The notes under the pieces: generated by a model
What the model was told of the DNA's origin: nothing
Databases searched by the model: none
The model's input: the letters and a program-made list of their open reading frames with translations, nothing else
In this document: positions 60,801-64,000 of the stretch, one piece after another
How the letters are laid out: each line of letters begins with the position of its first letter
How positions within the stretch are numbered: position 1 is the stretch's first letter
Assembly (NCBI GenBank): GCA_964106645.2
Contig: OZ067044.1
DNA from: Podarcis pityusensis
Lineage: Eukaryota
DNA length: 64,000 bases
Direction: 5' to 3' (one strand)
Made by a program: the position numbers and the translations under genes

Positions 60801-62415
60801 TGTTATGGCGTTACAAAAACCAAAAGATTTTCCAGAATAAGAGCTGGTAAACATGAGCATCCGTGTGGAGATGCAAGAGAACAGCCACCCCAATGGAACA
60901 TAAACCCCATATTCCCAGCTTGCTTTCTTTTTAGAACTTATAGAACCTGAGATAGGAAGCAAAATGTACAGACCCCATGTCTTCCCATTTTTGTGAGAAG
61001 TTACCTATTTCCTCCTTTAAGTGTTTTCCTTACCCCTGCCCACCTGAAAAAATCCTGTGCACAACCAACTTGCAAAGATTACAATATTTCAGAATGCATA
61101 TCCCCTTCACCTGTGTTATATACCAGGGCCTGTGCTCCTTGCTCATTCTGCTTGCCAATGCCCTTACATTTCCCCAACATTAACCCCCAAGAGCTTCCCC
61201 TTCTCAATGCAACTATTAAGCTTGCCTTTCACCTTCCAACACAATTTTTGGGGTCACTCCTCTTCGGCAGTCCCAATTTGTAGCCAACTTTGTAATCCAC
61301 TTTTTACCTTCGTCCCATATCCATGCCTCCCCCCTACTATTGTGCAACACCCCCTTCACACAAACCACTCCCTTGCTAACTTGCTACATCTTCTGCCAGC
61401 TATTGTGCATCTTTTTCACCTTCTCTCCAATAATGAAACCACCAACACAGGGGACAAGACAGAATCTAACAGCAAAAAGCTAACACAACAGAGCCTTCCC
61501 AACTCCCTTCTCACTGTAGTCAAACCCTGGTTTAAACCACCACTTCACCCACCTTCAGGGTCTCGCCTGCTCAGGCTACTCAAACCTCTGCCATTGTTTA
61601 AAATCACCACTTTCCCTCTCTGTTTTCCCCCATTCCTGCTTTATTCAAATGTCTGCTGTTGCATAAAACCACGATTTTTCAGCTTCCCTCCATCCATGCT
61701 TTACTCAAACCGGTCTGCTGATTAAAACTGCCCCTGCTCCTCTTTCAGTTTTTCTCCCTTCTTGTTCCTGTGTCCTTGGCCATTGCTCTTGTGCAACCTG
61801 CCTTCTTGCACCCAAAACTGAGGGGGACCACTGCAAGATGTGTGTGTGTGACATCATGCACATGACACATGTAGCGCATGTAATATCATGCAGCGGGTTC
61901 ACATTGTTCATGTGTGACATCATATGCGCAGCTTGTGCACAACATTACATCATGAGGAGGAGTCGAAGCATGGAGCCCAATGTAATGTGGCTTCAATAGC
62001 TGGCAGCTCCACCTCTCCCATACTCAGGAGGAATTTACGCCATGCTCGCATCCACACTCAACTTCCTCTGCCGCGTAAACATTGAGGGGGGTCTAGCCCC
62101 CTCTCAACAGATTTTGAGGGGGCAGAAGACACCTCGGCCCTATAGAGTTGGCACGCCTGCTGGCTGCTGATCAGAAAAACCTTAAAATGGGAACCATATG
62201 TGAGTTGTAGGATTTATATGCATCTAAGTCATACTTGGAGTACGCTCATTTAAATCAATGAATCCCATGGGTCTACTCTGAGTATGAAGTAGTCGAATAC
62301 AAGCATTGAAACTTCAATCCTGCTCTCATAATTATTATGTTTACATTTTTTTCAGGCTGCTGCAACCTTCCCAATGTGTAGTCTCCACCCCATTATCATT
62401 TATACATCATATCTT

Positions 62416-62887
62416 GGAAACTACAACTAATCCAGGATGCGGCAGCTAGACTGGTGACTGGGGGTGGCCGCCGGAATCATATAACTCTGGTCCTAAAGGA
62501 TCTTCACTGGCTCCCAGTGTGTTTCTGAGCACAAATCAAAGTGTTGGTGCTGACCTTTAAGGCCTTAAATAACCATGGCCCAGTATACTTGAAGAAGCGT
62601 CTCCTCCCCCATTGCTCAGCCCAGACACAGAGGTCCTCCTGAGGGTCTTCTGCTGGTTTCCTCACTGCGAGAACTGAAGTTACAGGGAACCAGGCAGAGG
62701 GCCTTCTTGGCAGTGGCACCCTGCCTGTGTCAGATGTCAAGGAGATAAAGAACTACACAACTTTTAGAAGACATCTGAAAGCAGCCCTGTTTTGGGAGGT
62801 TTTTAATGTTTGATGTTTTATTATGTTTTAAAATATTCTGTAAGCAGCCCAGAGTGGCTTGGGAAATCCAGACGGATGGACGGGGCA
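62416..62887 (+). mobile_element. L2-type LINE 3' fragment
   Basis: Encodes KLQLIQDAAARLVTG...HITLVLKDLHWLPV (L2 ORF2 C-terminus), followed by a 3' UTR shared with 3333-3589. Confidence 0.85.
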
Positions 62888-63484
62888 TCCTAACCCCAAC
62901 CCTTAACATATTAGCAGTTCAAATGGCAAAACAGAACACAATGAGAGTCCAGATTGAGTTTGTTTGAAATGAAAACTGTTTTAAAAGTCTGGGTCAATAA
63001 AAAAGCTCTCAATCCAGCACCAAAAAGGCCATGAAGATGGTTCTGGGCAAGTCTCCCTTGGGAGGCCACTCCGCAGATGGGTGCAACTACCAAGAGTCCC
63101 TATAAACAATTTATATAACCGGGGAGTCTGTCTCATAAAGGGCCCCTGTGTGCATGTAAGCTGTCTTAGACACATTAGGGGTATATTCTAGTACACACAG
63201 CTGTATATGCAGCAACTGTGATTAGTACATAGCATTTTGAGCTAAGTTTAATACAGAGAAGACTCAACAATAAGGGAACAAAGGAACATAAGAAGAATAG
63301 GATGTAGAGTAAGAAGGAAACAATTCTGACATGGATTTGAAATAAAATAAAAAACTGAAGCCCTGTCTCTGTAGTCACTGTATCTTATCAACAAAGAACA
63401 ACGGAAGAAAAACATCTGATGTTATTCATAACCAAGCAAAAGGCATTATTAATCACAACTTAACTCACTGGCATAATCCCTCAC

Positions 63485-64000
63485 CTTTTTCTCTGATTCT
63501 TTTTCTTCCACCAGATTAGGAATGTCTTGGGAAGCAGACGGAGGGGCCTGGTTCACACTGAGGTTTGGGTCTCCCACAGAAAAAACAGGAATGAGGGGCC
63601 TGAGGAATCTGAACTCGCTGCTCAAGGACCCACCGGTTAAGCAAACGTCGTAGTGGTAACTCCTGGAAAGCGACCCGCTCTGAGAATCGCCACAGTTCTC
63701 TGGGATGTCGGGTCTGGCAGGTGGGAAGTGAGGAGGGGCAGCGATAAAACTTTCCCTGGGATCCCTCCTGCAGATCTTGATGGCAGCAAAGGAAACAATG
63801 CAAACAAGGAAAACAAAGGAGACTGCAGCCAGGCAGATCACCAAATACAAGGTCAAGGTCCCATCTTCTTCGTGCTCCTCTTTACTGACCTCCACAGCCT
63901 TCATATAAGGATCCGAAAAGCCACCCACGGGAAGGACATGGAGCATGGCAGTGCTGCTCTGGGGAGGGAGCCCGTTGTCCCTGACCACGATCAGGAGTCT
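63485..64000 (-). CDS. PCDHB: Protocadherin beta-like exon, subfamily B (B3), 3' part only (end of EC6, TM, cytoplasmic region); unspliced stop at 63449
   Basis: Near-identical to the B1/B2 3' ends. Donor AAG|GTGAGG at 63485/63484. Confidence 0.92.

Noticed and set aside
61057-61725. 222-aa plus-strand ORF
   Set aside because: Low-complexity Leu/Pro/Phe-rich translation of pyrimidine-rich DNA, non-ATG start, no recognisable domain.

Overview
Vertebrate genomic DNA, almost certainly from a squamate and probably a lacertid-type lizard, judging from Sauria SINEs, a BovB fragment and CTT-tailed tRNA-SINEs. The window spans the beta/gamma junction of the clustered protocadherin (cPcdh) locus, with all genes on the minus strand. 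In transcription order (right to left) there are six Pcdh-beta-type variable exons alternating between two subfamilies (B partial, A, B, A, B, A), a ~9 kb gene-free gap, and five Pcdh-gamma-A-type variable exons (one disrupted by a SINE, three intact, one cut by the window edge). A small 5' gene fragment is also present. Each of the ten exons whose 5' end is in the window has a same-orientation CSE/CTCF-like site ~180-270 bp upstream. Each of the ten whose 3' end is in the window finishes at a phase-0 GT splice donor, including all six beta exons, which suggests that beta exons may splice to downstream constant exons. Other highlights: subfamily-restricted gene conversion of EC6/TM/cytoplasmic segments, CpG-free CTCF sites in beta promoters, and a gamma exon carrying an old 93-bp palindromic element in frame in EC5 that was later broken by a young SINE. 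Gene symbols are family-level only; orthologue numbers cannot be assigned from sequence alone.
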